Source of the DNA: Candidatus Midichloriaceae bacterium | GTDB taxonomy: Bacteria; Pseudomonadota; Alphaproteobacteria; Rickettsiales; Midichloriaceae | Direction: 5' to 3' | DNA: 64,000 nt | Assembly (NCBI GenBank): GCA_044229535.1 | Contig: JBGASU010000001.1 | Coordinates: 1,406,969-1,470,968 of the forward strand | Shown here: positions 19,765 to 29,761 of the stretch, in pieces | How the letters are laid out: every line of letters starts with the position of its first letter | How positions within the stretch are numbered: the first letter of the stretch is position 1 | Program-made: the position numbers and the translations under genes | The notes under the pieces: model-generated | Database searches by the model: none | Seen by the model: only the letters and a program-made list of their open reading frames with translations | Told to the model about the DNA's origin: nothing

Positions 19765-20538
19765 ATGACACACATAGCATGCTGGAATGTTAACTCGATA
19801 AAGTCGCGATTACAAAACTTTATGAGTTTTGTAGATAAATATTCCCCTGATATTATCTTGCTTCAAGAATTAAAATGCCTAGAAGAAGCGTTTCCAAAAA
19901 TGGAGATAGAGGATAAAGGGTATAATGTCATTATATCTGGGGAAAAGACATATAATGGCGTAGCTATTTTAAGTAAATCACCAATAGAAGATGTCTCAAA
20001 AAACTTGCCAGGAGATGATCAAGATCTTCAAGCAAGGTATATAGAAGGGTTTACCATGGGAATTAGGGTTTGTTCGGTGTATGTGCCGAATGGGCAAGAA
20101 GTTGGCTCTGATAAATTTAGGTACAAGCTAAATTTTTTCGATCGCTTAAATGAACATCTGAAAGCATTGCATAAATATGATGAGCAATTAGTGGTGGGGG
20201 GAGATTTTAATGTGGCTCCAGAAGAAAATGATGTATATAGCCCAAAATCATTAGAGGGTTCGATTTGTTTCCACATGGAAGAGAGAAAGAGATTCCGCAA
20301 GTTGATAAATAACGGAATGTCTGATTCATTTAGAATTTTACATCCTACTAAGCAGGAATTTAGTTGGTGGGATTATAGAGCTGGTGCTTGGGATCATAAT
20401 AAAGGTATGAGGATTGATCAAATACTTTTAAACCCCAGGTCTTGTGATAGACTTATAGAAGCTGGTATTTATAATGAAATTAGAGGGCAAGAAAAAGCTT
20501 CTGATCACGCCCCTATATACTGTAAACTTGCAAAATAG
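19765..20538 (+). CDS. xthA: Exodeoxyribonuclease III
   Basis: 257 aa. WNVNSIKSR, LQELK, GDFNVAP and SDHAPIY motifs of the EEP nuclease family. Confidence 0.92.
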   Translation: MTHIACWNVNSIKSRLQNFMSFVDKYSPDIILLQELKCLEEAFPKMEIEDKGYNVIISGEKTYNGVAILSKSPIEDVSKNLPGDDQDLQARYIEGFTMGIRVCSVYVPNGQEVGSDKFRYKLNFFDRLNEHLKALHKYDEQLVVGGDFNVAPEENDVYSPKSLEGSICFHMEERKRFRKLINNGMSDSFRILHPTKQEFSWWDYRAGAWDHNKGMRIDQILLNPRSCDRLIEAGIYNEIRGQEKASDHAPIYCKLAK

Positions 20539-20540
20539 AA

Positions 20541-21632
20541 ATGATAGTAAATATTTTACCATATAAGGAAAGCTACGATCTGAATCACTTTGGCGCCATA
20601 GCGCTTACGGTGTCGGATATTATTCAAGTGAGTAAATACGGAATGCAGACTATAGTCTTGGGTGGTAAGGAGTCAACAGAGTCACTGACCAATAACTATG
20701 TCTGTATTAGATATAAAAAGAAGTTATTAGAGAGTAGGAGTCATGCGTACTTAAAGGCATGTGTTGAGTTTTTCAAATCAAGGTCTGTAAAATTAATTGA
20801 GGTTCACAACAGGCCTGCGTGGATCCCGTATCTGGCTAATAATACTAATCTACCAATAGCACTACACTTGCATAATGATCCACAAGAGATGAAATTTGCT
20901 AAAAACCCAGCGCAACGGCTGAAATTACTTGAAAAATGTGCCGTTATATATTGCGTTAGCAAGTATGTAAGAAAGCGATTTTTAGAAGGTATTGCAGATG
21001 AGCAGCTCGCTAAAAAAGTGAGAGTTATTTATAATTTTGTATATCCGCTTAAATCTATAGATCTAAGTTCTAAGCAAAAGCTAATATTATTTGTTGGTAG
21101 ATTGACAAAAGAGAAGGGTATTAAGGAGTTGATGGAGGCGCTGACATCTGTATTGCCTGAATTTCCAGATTGGAAAGCTTTGATAATAGGTAGTCCGGGT
21201 AATGCTTCAATTTTTGACGGTTCTGCAAAATCTGTAGCAAAAGCTGTGGCAGCTTTGCCAAGTCAAATAGTGCATTATCCAAAATGTCCGCAAAGAGAGA
21301 CTATGGAGTGGTTTAAAGAAGCGGCAATTTCAGTTGTTCCATCAAAATGGGATGAGCCTTTTGGCAGGACCGTATTGGAATCTCTTAGTAATGGGTGCGC
21401 TTTAATTACTTCAAAAAAAGGTGGAATCCCAGAGATTATAGCGAAATCAGCAATTAGCTTAACAGCAGTTAATTCAGAGTTTATAGAGTATTCGTTAAGG
21501 GATTTGATAAAATATCCCGATAGGCTTTTGAAATATCAGCAAATGTCAGTGAATAGGGCTAATGAGTTTATTGATGGCTATGCAAGTGTGAAGAAGCTTG
21601 ATAAAATACGTGAAAAAGTGCAAGTGAAGTAA
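20541..21632 (+). CDS. Glycosyltransferase, family 1 (GT4-like)
   Basis: 363 aa. C-terminal EPFGRTVLESLSNGCALITSKKGGIPEI (E-x7-E region). Confidence 0.8.
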   Translation: MIVNILPYKESYDLNHFGAIALTVSDIIQVSKYGMQTIVLGGKESTESLTNNYVCIRYKKKLLESRSHAYLKACVEFFKSRSVKLIEVHNRPAWIPYLANNTNLPIALHLHNDPQEMKFAKNPAQRLKLLEKCAVIYCVSKYVRKRFLEGIADEQLAKKVRVIYNFVYPLKSIDLSSKQKLILFVGRLTKEKGIKELMEALTSVLPEFPDWKALIIGSPGNASIFDGSAKSVAKAVAALPSQIVHYPKCPQRETMEWFKEAAISVVPSKWDEPFGRTVLESLSNGCALITSKKGGIPEIIAKSAISLTAVNSEFIEYSLRDLIKYPDRLLKYQQMSVNRANEFIDGYASVKKLDKIREKVQVK

Positions 21633-21633
21633 A

Positions 21634-21810
21634 ATGGAAGCTTTTATTTTTTTAATCCCATTAACGCTTATAATTGTGTTTGGTATGCTGCTAGCCTTCT
21701 TTTGGTGTTTGAAGAATAAGCAATATGAAGACCTAGATGGAGCAGCAAGCAGAATTTTATTTGATGACGCCCTCCGAAAAGATGTTGCAAAAAAACCAGA
21801 AAATGAGTAG
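21634..21810 (+). CDS. ccoS: cbb3-type cytochrome oxidase maturation protein CcoS/FixS (58 aa, not in ORF track)
   Basis: Hand translation: MEAFIFLIPLTLIIVFGMLLAFFWCLKNKQYEDLDGAASRILFDDALRKDVAKKPENE. It has a single TM followed by the CcoS signature W-x3-(S/N)-x-Q-(F/Y)-(D/E)-D-L-(E/D)-G-x3-R-I-L-x-D-D. Confidence 0.8.
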   Translation: MEAFIFLIPLTLIIVFGMLLAFFWCLKNKQYEDLDGAASRILFDDALRKDVAKKPENE

Positions 21811-21830
21811 ATTCCCTTTTACCTCATTAT

Positions 21831-21907
21831 GGCGGAGTAGCTCAGTTGGTTAGAGCGGCGGAATCATAATCCGTGTGTCGGGGGTTCAAATCCCTCCTCC
21901 GCTACCA
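21831..21907 (+). tRNA. tRNA with CAT anticodon, most likely elongator tRNA-Met (tRNA-Ile2/lysidine not excluded)
   Basis: 77 nt. Acceptor GGCGGAG/CTCCGCT, D arm GCTC-AGTTGGTTA-GAGC, anticodon arm GCGGA-ATCATAA-TCCGT, T arm GGGGG-TTCAAAT-CCCTC, then A-CCA. Lacks the initiator hallmarks: no 1:72 mismatch of the C:A type and no GGG/CCC run in the anticodon stem. Confidence 0.85.
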
Positions 21908-22040
21908 TTTATATATTAAATTTGATAATTTGTGCTTAATTTGCTTTTTTATCTTGATATATATATGCGGTATAATATGTTTTGTCGGAGTTAAAGGACG
22001 TTCCTTATGCTCCATAAAATAAGAATATAAAGGGGCAAAT

Positions 22041-22343
22041 ATGTTGCAAAGAATAGATATTCATAGCAAAAATACTCAAGCAGGCTTAGAAAAAATGCTT
22101 GGTCAAGAGAAGCTAGAAGGACTAAAGCTTGAATCATCGTTAAAAATTAACGAAATTCATAATGATGGTAAAGAATTTTATTTTAAAGGTGTAACCTTTG
22201 AAGTCTCTGGTGGTAAAGCGTATATGGCAGATGCTTATTATCAGAAAACTGGCTCTGAGACTGTTTCTTACTGCGGTGATGTTAACAATAATAATCCGCT
22301 ATGTCTAAGTGAATCTAGTCAATATGTTATGATTTACGAATAA
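22041..22343 (+). CDS. Hypothetical 100-aa protein
   Basis: ORF only, with AAAGGGG 6 nt upstream of the ATG. No recognisable motif. Confidence 0.45.
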   Translation: MLQRIDIHSKNTQAGLEKMLGQEKLEGLKLESSLKINEIHNDGKEFYFKGVTFEVSGGKAYMADAYYQKTGSETVSYCGDVNNNNPLCLSESSQYVMIYE

Positions 22344-22470
22344 ACTTATCTTTGAAAATAAAAAAGACTCGTTATCATTCTGCTACAAGGCTTTTTGGTC
22401 TATTAAGCAAAACTCTTGTGCTGTGCAATATTTGATATAATCTGAGAATAGTGTAGTAATTCTTGCATAT

Positions 22471-23505
22471 GTGATGTCTTTTGAGATAGCAGGCAATAAA
22501 GTGGCATTAGGGGAAAGAAAGCGGTTCGAAATACCTGTGGCGACGCTTTTTGATTATACTCAGATGTCAATACCAGTTGAAGTTATTAGAGGTGTTGATG
22601 ATGGGCCTGTTATGTTTGTATCTGCGGCAATACATGGTGATGAAGTAATTGGTGTTGAAATTGTTAAAAGGATCTTAAACAGAAAAGAATTAAAAAATAT
22701 TAAAGGGACGTTGATTTGCATCCCTATAGTAAACCCTTTTGGTTATAATAATAATATTAGGTATTTGCCTGACAGAAGAGATATGAATCGGTGCTTCCCT
22801 GGTTCCCCTGATGGATCTTTGGCGGCAAGGATGGCGCATACTTTTTTGAAAGAAATAGTATATAAATGCCAGTATGGCATAGATATTCATTCTGGTGCTT
22901 TGCACAGAGATAACTTTCCGCAAATTAGATTGGCATTAGGTGATGCAGTAGAATTAAAGCTTGCGCAAGCATTTGGTGCCCCTGTTATAATAAATTCACC
23001 TCATAGAAATGGTACTTTAAGGAAAGCTGCATCAGACAAAGGATTAAAGACTTTGTTGTTTGAAGGCGGTGAAGCATTAAGATTTGATGAGTATGCAATT
23101 AATATTGCAGTGCATGGAATCTTAAATGTAATGCAAGAAATAAAAATGCTCAAAAAGTCTAGTGATGATTCGCATCAAGCACGTACAGTTATGACTGCAA
23201 AATCAAGTCACTGGATACGTGCCCAAAATAGTGGTAGTTTACGTACTATTAAAAAATTGGGTTCATTCGTTCAGCAAGGTGATTTGCTTGGCGTAATATC
23301 CGACCCATTCGGAGCCCGTAAGATGGGTGTTTATGCTTCCAAACCAGGAATTATAATAGGCGGTGTGACAATGCCTTTAGTTAATCGTGGCAATGCTCTT
23401 TTCCATATTGCAACTCTTGAAGATATGAGGATAATTGACGATCAACAAATCGTTTCTGATTCTGATATTGATATCGAGAACGAAGATTGGTTCATGAGGA
23501 AATAA
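22471..23505 (+). CDS. Succinylglutamate desuccinylase/aspartoacylase family (M14-like zinc deacylase)
   Basis: 344 aa. AAIHGDEVIG (zinc ligands H-x-x-E), RDMNRCFPG and DIHSG motifs. Confidence 0.85.
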   Translation: MMSFEIAGNKVALGERKRFEIPVATLFDYTQMSIPVEVIRGVDDGPVMFVSAAIHGDEVIGVEIVKRILNRKELKNIKGTLICIPIVNPFGYNNNIRYLPDRRDMNRCFPGSPDGSLAARMAHTFLKEIVYKCQYGIDIHSGALHRDNFPQIRLALGDAVELKLAQAFGAPVIINSPHRNGTLRKAASDKGLKTLLFEGGEALRFDEYAINIAVHGILNVMQEIKMLKKSSDDSHQARTVMTAKSSHWIRAQNSGSLRTIKKLGSFVQQGDLLGVISDPFGARKMGVYASKPGIIIGGVTMPLVNRGNALFHIATLEDMRIIDDQQIVSDSDIDIENEDWFMRK

Positions 23506-24800
23506 TGTTTGAATCCTATATAGTACAAGCTTTGCTAGTAATATTATTACTAGCGCTATCTGCATTTTTTTCTGGATCTGAAATTGGAATTTTAAGTGCC
23601 TCTAGATCTAAAATCCAAAAATTAAAAATGGATGGGAATAAACGAGCTGTTACTCTTTCGAAATTACGCGATGACAGAGAGAGAATGATAGGCGCGATGA
23701 TGTTATTAAACACATTCGTGAATACTGCGGCCTCCTCAATTGCTTCTGGCTTATCTATAGATTACTTCGGTGATAGTGGTGAGGCGTTGATTATTTCTAC
23801 TACCATTATGACTATACTTATTATGATTTATGGAGAGATACTGCCAAAAACTTATGCTGTTAGAAATGCTGAAAAACTTTCTTTGGCTGTAGCTCCATTC
23901 TTTATGATTATTTCAAGAATGTTTTCTCCAATCACAACTACTATTCAAGTAATGGTTAATGCAACATTAAGAATCTTCACATCGCCTACGAAAAAAGAGG
24001 AAAAGATGAGTGGACTAGAGATCATTCGAGGTGCTTTGGAATTCCATCATGAAGAAGGATTGGTTGTAAAAGAAGATAAGTATATGATCGGTGGAATTAT
24101 TGATCTTGAGAAGATTACAGTCAATGAAATAATGATCCACAGGAATGATATGGAAAGTGTTGATATAGATGACGAGCCAAATGAAATTATTAATCAAGTT
24201 ATAGCGACAACTCATTCTAGAATTCCTCTATGGAAAGACGAGCCAGATAATATCGTTGGCATTATTCACGTAAAAGATGTTGTAAGACTTCTAAGATCTA
24301 AAAAAGAAATTACGAAAAAAGATATAGAGAAAATTATAAGAAAGCCTCTATTCATTCCCAATATTACAAACCTTAAAAAGCAGCTCAATACTTTTAGAGA
24401 GCAACAATCGCATTTTGCTTTGGTGGTAGATGAATATGGCGAATTGCTGGGTTTAATTACGCTTGAAGATATTTTAGAGGAAGTAGTAGGGCATATAGAA
24501 GATGAGTATGACCATGATAACAAAAGTGCAATTCAAAAGAACCAAGATGGCTCCGTTGTTGTTGCAGGCGACGTTACAATAAGAGATTTAAATAGGGCAA
24601 TGCACTGGAATATTAGTGATGAAGATGCGGCAACTTTGGGTGGACTAGTGTTCCACATAGCTCAAAAAGTACCAACAGTAGGTGAGAGTTTTAGGATACT
24701 GGGGTTTAAAATGAAGATATTGAAGCGCAAGTATAACAAGATTATTAAGATCAAGATCGTACCAATTAAAGCTAAGAAAAAGGCTGGTAGTAGCAAATAG
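23505..24800 (+). CDS. CNNM/HlyC-CorC family membrane protein (DUF21 - CBS pair - CorC_HlyC), TlyC-like
   Basis: N-terminal 4-TM DUF21 region, CBS-pair region (IMIHRNDM...VVDEYGELLGLITLEDILEEVVG), C-terminal transporter-associated domain. The likely start ATG 23505 overlaps the upstream stop (TAATG); the track ORF begins at 23487. Confidence 0.85.
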   Translation: MFESYIVQALLVILLLALSAFFSGSEIGILSASRSKIQKLKMDGNKRAVTLSKLRDDRERMIGAMMLLNTFVNTAASSIASGLSIDYFGDSGEALIISTTIMTILIMIYGEILPKTYAVRNAEKLSLAVAPFFMIISRMFSPITTTIQVMVNATLRIFTSPTKKEEKMSGLEIIRGALEFHHEEGLVVKEDKYMIGGIIDLEKITVNEIMIHRNDMESVDIDDEPNEIINQVIATTHSRIPLWKDEPDNIVGIIHVKDVVRLLRSKKEITKKDIEKIIRKPLFIPNITNLKKQLNTFREQQSHFALVVDEYGELLGLITLEDILEEVVGHIEDEYDHDNKSAIQKNQDGSVVVAGDVTIRDLNRAMHWNISDEDAATLGGLVFHIAQKVPTVGESFRILGFKMKILKRKYNKIIKIKIVPIKAKKKAGSSK

Positions 24801-24840
24801 CTGTATATAGCTTACATTATCTCCATGATTTTTTATAAAA

Positions 24841-24855
24841 TTAACCATTTGTTAA
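24841..24855 (+). promoter_or_regulatory. CtrA-box-like site TTAA-N7-TTAA upstream of the 814-aa orphan gene
   Basis: TTAACCATTTGTTAA. It ends 50 nt upstream of ATG 24905 and is followed by the tandem TAGAGTGA/TAGAGTCA. Confidence 0.5.
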
Positions 24856-24904
24856 GGGTTAGAGTGATAGAGTCATAGACATCTAATGATCGCTGGAGTT
24901 CGCT

Positions 24905-27349
24905 ATGAGAGATTTTTCTAAAAAGCCTCAAAACATAGAAGAAGCAAAAAAACTTTTTCCTGAATTATCATCAGAGATTGATGCTGTTTTAAGAGCTTCC
25001 CCTAATTTTGGAGAGAGAATTGTGTTAGCTTTTATTGGAGAGGCAATGGGGGCAATTAATAATCAAAAGCAAAATTTTAAAAGCAATCCCCAAATGGGAG
25101 GTAGTATAGCTTTTATTATTGAGATGCTTAACCATGTTGGTGCAGAGAGGGTTTTAATTGATAAAATCCCAGAAGAGGAAATTCAAAGAAGAGGTTTTCT
25201 TAAAGAGCTTAAAGGCGAATCGAAGGCTCATACAGTTTCAATTATGAATACTATACTTTTAGGTAAATTTGATGGATTAGAAGGTTCTATATATGAGCCA
25301 TACAAGATAGTCGATCTAGTTAAGAATATGAGTGATCTTTGTAACAAATTTACTGATTTAGCAGAAAAAGAAATTTTCGGTTATAATATAGAGCAAGGTT
25401 TAAGGGTTGAGTTTTCAGCGGTTGATAAAGATTTAAAAGATAAATTAGGATATAGATGTTGTGAAAAAATTAATAAAGATAATATCAAAAATGTTGATCT
25501 CAAAGAAAAAAAAGAAATATTGACGCGATACTTTGATTTAATGAAGAAAATAAAGGCTGAAGTCCAGCAAAATGATGATATTGACTCGGATGCTAAAAAA
25601 CGCTTTTTAGAAGAAATAGATAATGATGTATCTAATAAAATAGCCTCAGAAATTTTATTAGCTATGAAAGGTAATGAAATTGATAAGAACTTTAAAGAAA
25701 AATATGATGGTAGAATTGATAAAATAAATAACGTTTTTGGTGAGCAGATAAGACAAAGCAAAGCTCCTAGAAGTGTCTTAAATGCAATGCAAGCGTTGAT
25801 CAGAAGAATGGGAATAGATGCGGTAGATGATTTGGTTAGTGAATCGAATCGTGAGTTCTTTAAGCAAGTTTTAGAAAGCCCTGTTTTAGCTAGAGTTGCT
25901 TTAGGTGTGTTAGAGAATTCTAAGAATTACAGACAAGATTTGGTTGCTGTGATGGATGTTGTTAAAATGGCTTTCCAAGACAACGCGCGTGACGGAAAAG
26001 TAGTTATAAATCATAAGAAATCCATCGAGATCTTCAAAGAAATCCTATCTGATGGTAAAGGTGGTGTGGATCCAAAGGCGATAGAGTTCTTAAAAATTCC
26101 AGGTAATGCAAAGAAATGGGTGGAAGCTTTAAAAATTGATCCAGAATGCTTAGGTAAGTTAGCGGTCGCTGGCAAGAGATTTAGCTCGCCTGAAGCGCAG
26201 CAGTGGGCTCAGCATTTAATAGATCACCCTAAAGAACATAAAGCCCTGTTTGCTAGGCTGCGAGTAGAAGGTGAAATTACTGCTAAAAAACTTGGCGAAT
26301 TAAATGAAGTTTTTGCTCAATTTTATAATAAGCTAAAGCGCGATGTTGAGCCGGAGCTTTTTACCAAATTTAGCGATGGTAAACAAGATCCGTATAACGT
26401 TAATGTAGCAAACAGCGCTGTAGAAAAGGCGATGGAAACACGTCTGGATGTAATGGCTCAAGCTTTTAATGTCATGCTTGTTAACTGGGGTTTAGAAGAA
26501 GTTAAGAAGCATGAAAATAAAGAAAAGGTTGCTAAGGTGATGGTTGAAACTACTTTTGCAAGCGTACAATCAATTGGTGTTTTAGAACGGCTAGAGCCAA
26601 ATGAATTTTTGAAATTAAATTTTGATCAGGCTTTGCAGGTTTATGAAAAAGTGATGCCGCATATTGTAAAATGCAAGGCAGAGAAAAAAAATATCCACTC
26701 AATTATGGGTGGTTTGATTGTACTTGCTTCTACACAAAGTTTCTTTTTTGGTCCAAGTATTAAAACAGAAGATCTTATTAAATGTGTGGAAAATCCAGAT
26801 ATGCCTAAGTTTATTAAGGCATATAATGAAGATCCTGATCTAGCGAAAATTATATTAGCGGAAGTGAAAGGAAATATTAAGGGAGCGGAGAATCAGCTTA
26901 AAGCATTTTGTGATATATATGAGAATATGCATGTGTCTACTAAAATTAAAGATGATTCTCGTATCGTAATAGATATAAGAAAAGTCATTGCTGAATGTAG
27001 TAAGGGATTTTTATTTAAAACAATAGATGTAGCTTCGTTGGGTAATAAAATGAAGGCTGTGAAGGCTAGTCTTAAAGAATACACAAAAGACGTGCAATCA
27101 GAAAAAGGAAAAAAATACATGAGCTTTCAAGAACAGGAGACAACTAAGCCGCTTAACGATGAGATGGGTAATAAAATACCAAGTCCTCTCGCCACTCATA
27201 TTTCCCATATTGATGCTCAAGGTAAAAAATTTAAAATAATAAATGATCATGCTGAAAAAATCGCTGATCCCAAAAACATAGATAAACTTCGCAAAGGAAG
27301 TAAGAAGCTCCATGGAGGAAATAGTGGTGATATAGGAAGAAGCGGATAG
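24905..27349 (+). CDS. Hypothetical 814-aa Lys/Glu-rich protein, candidate effector
   Basis: Long ORF. No signal peptide, TM segment or recognisable catalytic motif. Basic C-terminus (DKLRKGSKKLHGGNSGDIGRSG). Confidence 0.6.
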   Translation: MRDFSKKPQNIEEAKKLFPELSSEIDAVLRASPNFGERIVLAFIGEAMGAINNQKQNFKSNPQMGGSIAFIIEMLNHVGAERVLIDKIPEEEIQRRGFLKELKGESKAHTVSIMNTILLGKFDGLEGSIYEPYKIVDLVKNMSDLCNKFTDLAEKEIFGYNIEQGLRVEFSAVDKDLKDKLGYRCCEKINKDNIKNVDLKEKKEILTRYFDLMKKIKAEVQQNDDIDSDAKKRFLEEIDNDVSNKIASEILLAMKGNEIDKNFKEKYDGRIDKINNVFGEQIRQSKAPRSVLNAMQALIRRMGIDAVDDLVSESNREFFKQVLESPVLARVALGVLENSKNYRQDLVAVMDVVKMAFQDNARDGKVVINHKKSIEIFKEILSDGKGGVDPKAIEFLKIPGNAKKWVEALKIDPECLGKLAVAGKRFSSPEAQQWAQHLIDHPKEHKALFARLRVEGEITAKKLGELNEVFAQFYNKLKRDVEPELFTKFSDGKQDPYNVNVANSAVEKAMETRLDVMAQAFNVMLVNWGLEEVKKHENKEKVAKVMVETTFASVQSIGVLERLEPNEFLKLNFDQALQVYEKVMPHIVKCKAEKKNIHSIMGGLIVLASTQSFFFGPSIKTEDLIKCVENPDMPKFIKAYNEDPDLAKIILAEVKGNIKGAENQLKAFCDIYENMHVSTKIKDDSRIVIDIRKVIAECSKGFLFKTIDVASLGNKMKAVKASLKEYTKDVQSEKGKKYMSFQEQETTKPLNDEMGNKIPSPLATHISHIDAQGKKFKIINDHAEKIADPKNIDKLRKGSKKLHGGNSGDIGRSG

Positions 27350-27359
27350 CTAAATACGC

Positions 27360-27815
27360 TTAATTCACAGAATCATTGGCGGCGCTTGCAGTCTCGTCAG
27401 CTTTTTTCTTCAGATATAACCCCATGAAATCAACAGGGTTTAACATTAATGGGGTAAATCCTCCATCTCTTGTTGTATCAGATATCAAGCGTCTTACATA
27501 AGGGAATAATACGTTTGGACAATGAACTAGCAATATCCTTTCTAATTCGTCTTTGTTATCTTGAATGATCCCAAATACGCCAGCATATTTTATCTCCAGT
27601 ACAAATACGGATTCAGTTTCTGAGCCACCAGCTACGTTTACAGCAAGTTCAACTTCAAATGTATTCTCTTGTAGTTGAGCTACATTAACATTAACCGATA
27701 CGTTAATATTACCTTGCCCATCAAAAGATAGGGATGCTGGTGCTTTTGGATTTTCAAAAGAAAGATCTTTTATATATTGAGCTAGTACGTTGAATGTATT
27801 TGCTGTTTGTTCCAT
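27360..27815 (-). CDS. secB: Protein-export chaperone SecB
   Basis: 151 aa. FNVLAQYIKDLSFENPKAP and ILLVHCPNVLFPYVRRLISDTTRDGGFTPLMLNPVDF are typical SecB. Confidence 0.93.
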   Translation of the reverse strand: MEQTANTFNVLAQYIKDLSFENPKAPASLSFDGQGNINVSVNVNVAQLQENTFEVELAVNVAGGSETESVFVLEIKYAGVFGIIQDNKDELERILLVHCPNVLFPYVRRLISDTTRDGGFTPLMLNPVDFMGLYLKKKADETASAANDSVN

Positions 27816-27918
27816 TTTTTATAATCCTCAATAAATATTTAAAGCTATATTGCTATTAACTCGAAGTGTAAGTATTATTAGGTGGAAATGATAGCTTAGT
27901 TCAGGAAGATTTACAAGT

Positions 27919-28593
27919 ATGCTTGATATTATATTTTTTGCGATTATTGCAGCGTTCATAATTTCTAGGTTGTTCAAGATATTGGGTGATACTCAGTATG
28001 AAAAAGAAGATAGGCCGCAAAACCAAGATGTTGAAACTAGCATCTTTAGAGGGTTTGGCGTTGAAAATGAAGATGATTTGAGGAAGGAAATAATACAGCA
28101 AATTGACATGATGTCCGCATTGGAAGCTAGTCTTCCAGAAGATCAAAGAAAAGTATTTGAGCAGTTGCGAGAGAGTGATGTTACATTTACTGCGGATAAA
28201 TTTGTTGAGGGCGCAAAAGCTGCTTTTGAAATGATAGTAAAAGCTTTATCAGATGGGGATAAAGAAACACTTTCTCGTCTTCTAGACCCTGAAGTATACG
28301 AAGATTTTGCAAAGGAAATTGATAGAAGGACTGAAGCAAATCAAAAGCATGAAGTAACAATAGTGGCGATGAAATCTTGCGATATTACCGATGCCGATAT
28401 TGAAAAAGGAAAGGCTAATATTGCTGTAAAAATAGTAAGCGAACAAATCAATTTAGTTAAAGCAATAAGTGATGGTGTTTTATTAGGTGGTAATCCATCT
28501 AAAATAAACATAGTGACGGATGTTTGGATGTTTTCAAAGCCATTCAATTCAAAAAATAAAATGTGGCAATTGGTTTCTACAGATGTGGCTTAA
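27919..28593 (+). CDS. Tim44-like domain protein
   Basis: 224 aa. N-terminal TM and C-terminal Tim44-type domain. Conserved alphaproteobacterial position between secB and mltA. Confidence 0.75.
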   Translation: MLDIIFFAIIAAFIISRLFKILGDTQYEKEDRPQNQDVETSIFRGFGVENEDDLRKEIIQQIDMMSALEASLPEDQRKVFEQLRESDVTFTADKFVEGAKAAFEMIVKALSDGDKETLSRLLDPEVYEDFAKEIDRRTEANQKHEVTIVAMKSCDITDADIEKGKANIAVKIVSEQINLVKAISDGVLLGGNPSKINIVTDVWMFSKPFNSKNKMWQLVSTDVA

Positions 28594-29710
28594 CAAAATT
28601 CTTTTAAGTCTTGTCGTGATTTTATTTATTACGGGCTGTGGCTCTGTACAAAAATCAAGAACTGTAAAGCTTAGTAAGGCAAATTTTTCTGAGATTTCAA
28701 ATTGGCAGAAAGATAGACATGGTGCTGCCATGGATGCTTTTATTAATTCTTGTGAAAGGTTTCTAAATCAAGATCCTGAAAAACCAGTAAGTTCTCTAAC
28801 TAGTATGGGTGGGTCGGTAATAGATTGGCAAGTACCTTGTATGGAAGCGACTATTCAAAGCAAGTATACAGACAAAGAAGCCAAAGCATTTTTTGAAAAA
28901 TGGTTTGTCCCTTATAAAGTAACTGATGAGGAGTTAAATCCTAAAGGTACCCTAACTGGCTATTTCGAAATTGAGCTGACTGGTAGTAAAAAAAGAGATT
29001 CAAAATATCAGTATCCAATATACATGAGGCCGCCAGAGCTTAATGATGTTAAAGGCTCTTCAGATATCCAACATTCAGCTATTAATGATGGAGTATTGTC
29101 TGGGAGAAATTTAGAAGTGGCTTGGGTGGATAATAGGGCAAGATTATATTTTATGCACATCCAAGGTTCGGGCGTTATTAAGTTAAAGGAGGGTGGAGAA
29201 ATGAGATTGGGCTTTGATGGTCATAATGGATATAGGTTTCAAGGGATAAGCCAAGCTCTACGAGAAGAAAATGCTAGATTAGATTCAGCTAATTCAATGA
29301 TGGATTGGCTTCATGCCAACCCTGAGAGATGTAAGAGGGTTATTGAATCTGATCCTTCTTATGTGTTCTTTAAAAAAGTACAGTCTAATAGTGCTATTGG
29401 GGGACAGGGTGTCCCACTTAAAACAGAAAGATCGCTTGCAGTAGATTGTGGGCTTTATCCTTATGGGACCCCGATCTGGGTAGATGCGGATTTGCCACAA
29501 ACACAAGTTTATAATGCTGGAAAATACACTAGATTATTTATAGCCCAAGACACAGGCGGGGCAATTCGTGGGCCAGTTAGAGGTGACATTTTCTTCGGTC
29601 GTGGTAAAAAAGCTGAAAAAGTGGCTGGTGGATTTAAAACTAAGGGCGTGTTTTATGCACTGTTTCCAAGAACCGTGAAAATACCAGAAATATATACGGC
29701 GATGAATTAA
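28583..29710 (+). CDS. mltA: Membrane-bound lytic murein transglycosylase A (lipoprotein)
   Basis: MltA/3D-domain region (VAWVDNRARLYFMHIQGSG, LAVDCGLYPYGTPIWVD, FIAQDTGGAIRGPVRGDIFFG). The likely start ATG 28583 gives MWLNKILLSLVVILFITGC with a lipobox. The track ORF starts at 28520. Confidence 0.9.
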   Translation: MWLNKILLSLVVILFITGCGSVQKSRTVKLSKANFSEISNWQKDRHGAAMDAFINSCERFLNQDPEKPVSSLTSMGGSVIDWQVPCMEATIQSKYTDKEAKAFFEKWFVPYKVTDEELNPKGTLTGYFEIELTGSKKRDSKYQYPIYMRPPELNDVKGSSDIQHSAINDGVLSGRNLEVAWVDNRARLYFMHIQGSGVIKLKEGGEMRLGFDGHNGYRFQGISQALREENARLDSANSMMDWLHANPERCKRVIESDPSYVFFKKVQSNSAIGGQGVPLKTERSLAVDCGLYPYGTPIWVDADLPQTQVYNAGKYTRLFIAQDTGGAIRGPVRGDIFFGRGKKAEKVAGGFKTKGVFYALFPRTVKIPEIYTAMN

Positions 29711-29761
29711 TTGACTTTTACATAAGTCAATTCTAGGATTTAGCAGATTTTAAGAGGTGAT

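Noticed and set aside
21831-21907. Initiator tRNA-fMet
   Set aside because: Position 1:72 can pair (G:U), and the anticodon stem lacks the three consecutive G:C pairs typical of bacterial initiators.
21954-21976. TTGATA ... TATAAT promoter upstream of the 100-aa ORF
   Set aside because: The spacer is only 11 nt, incompatible with sigma70 geometry. Such hexamers arise by chance in AT-rich DNA.
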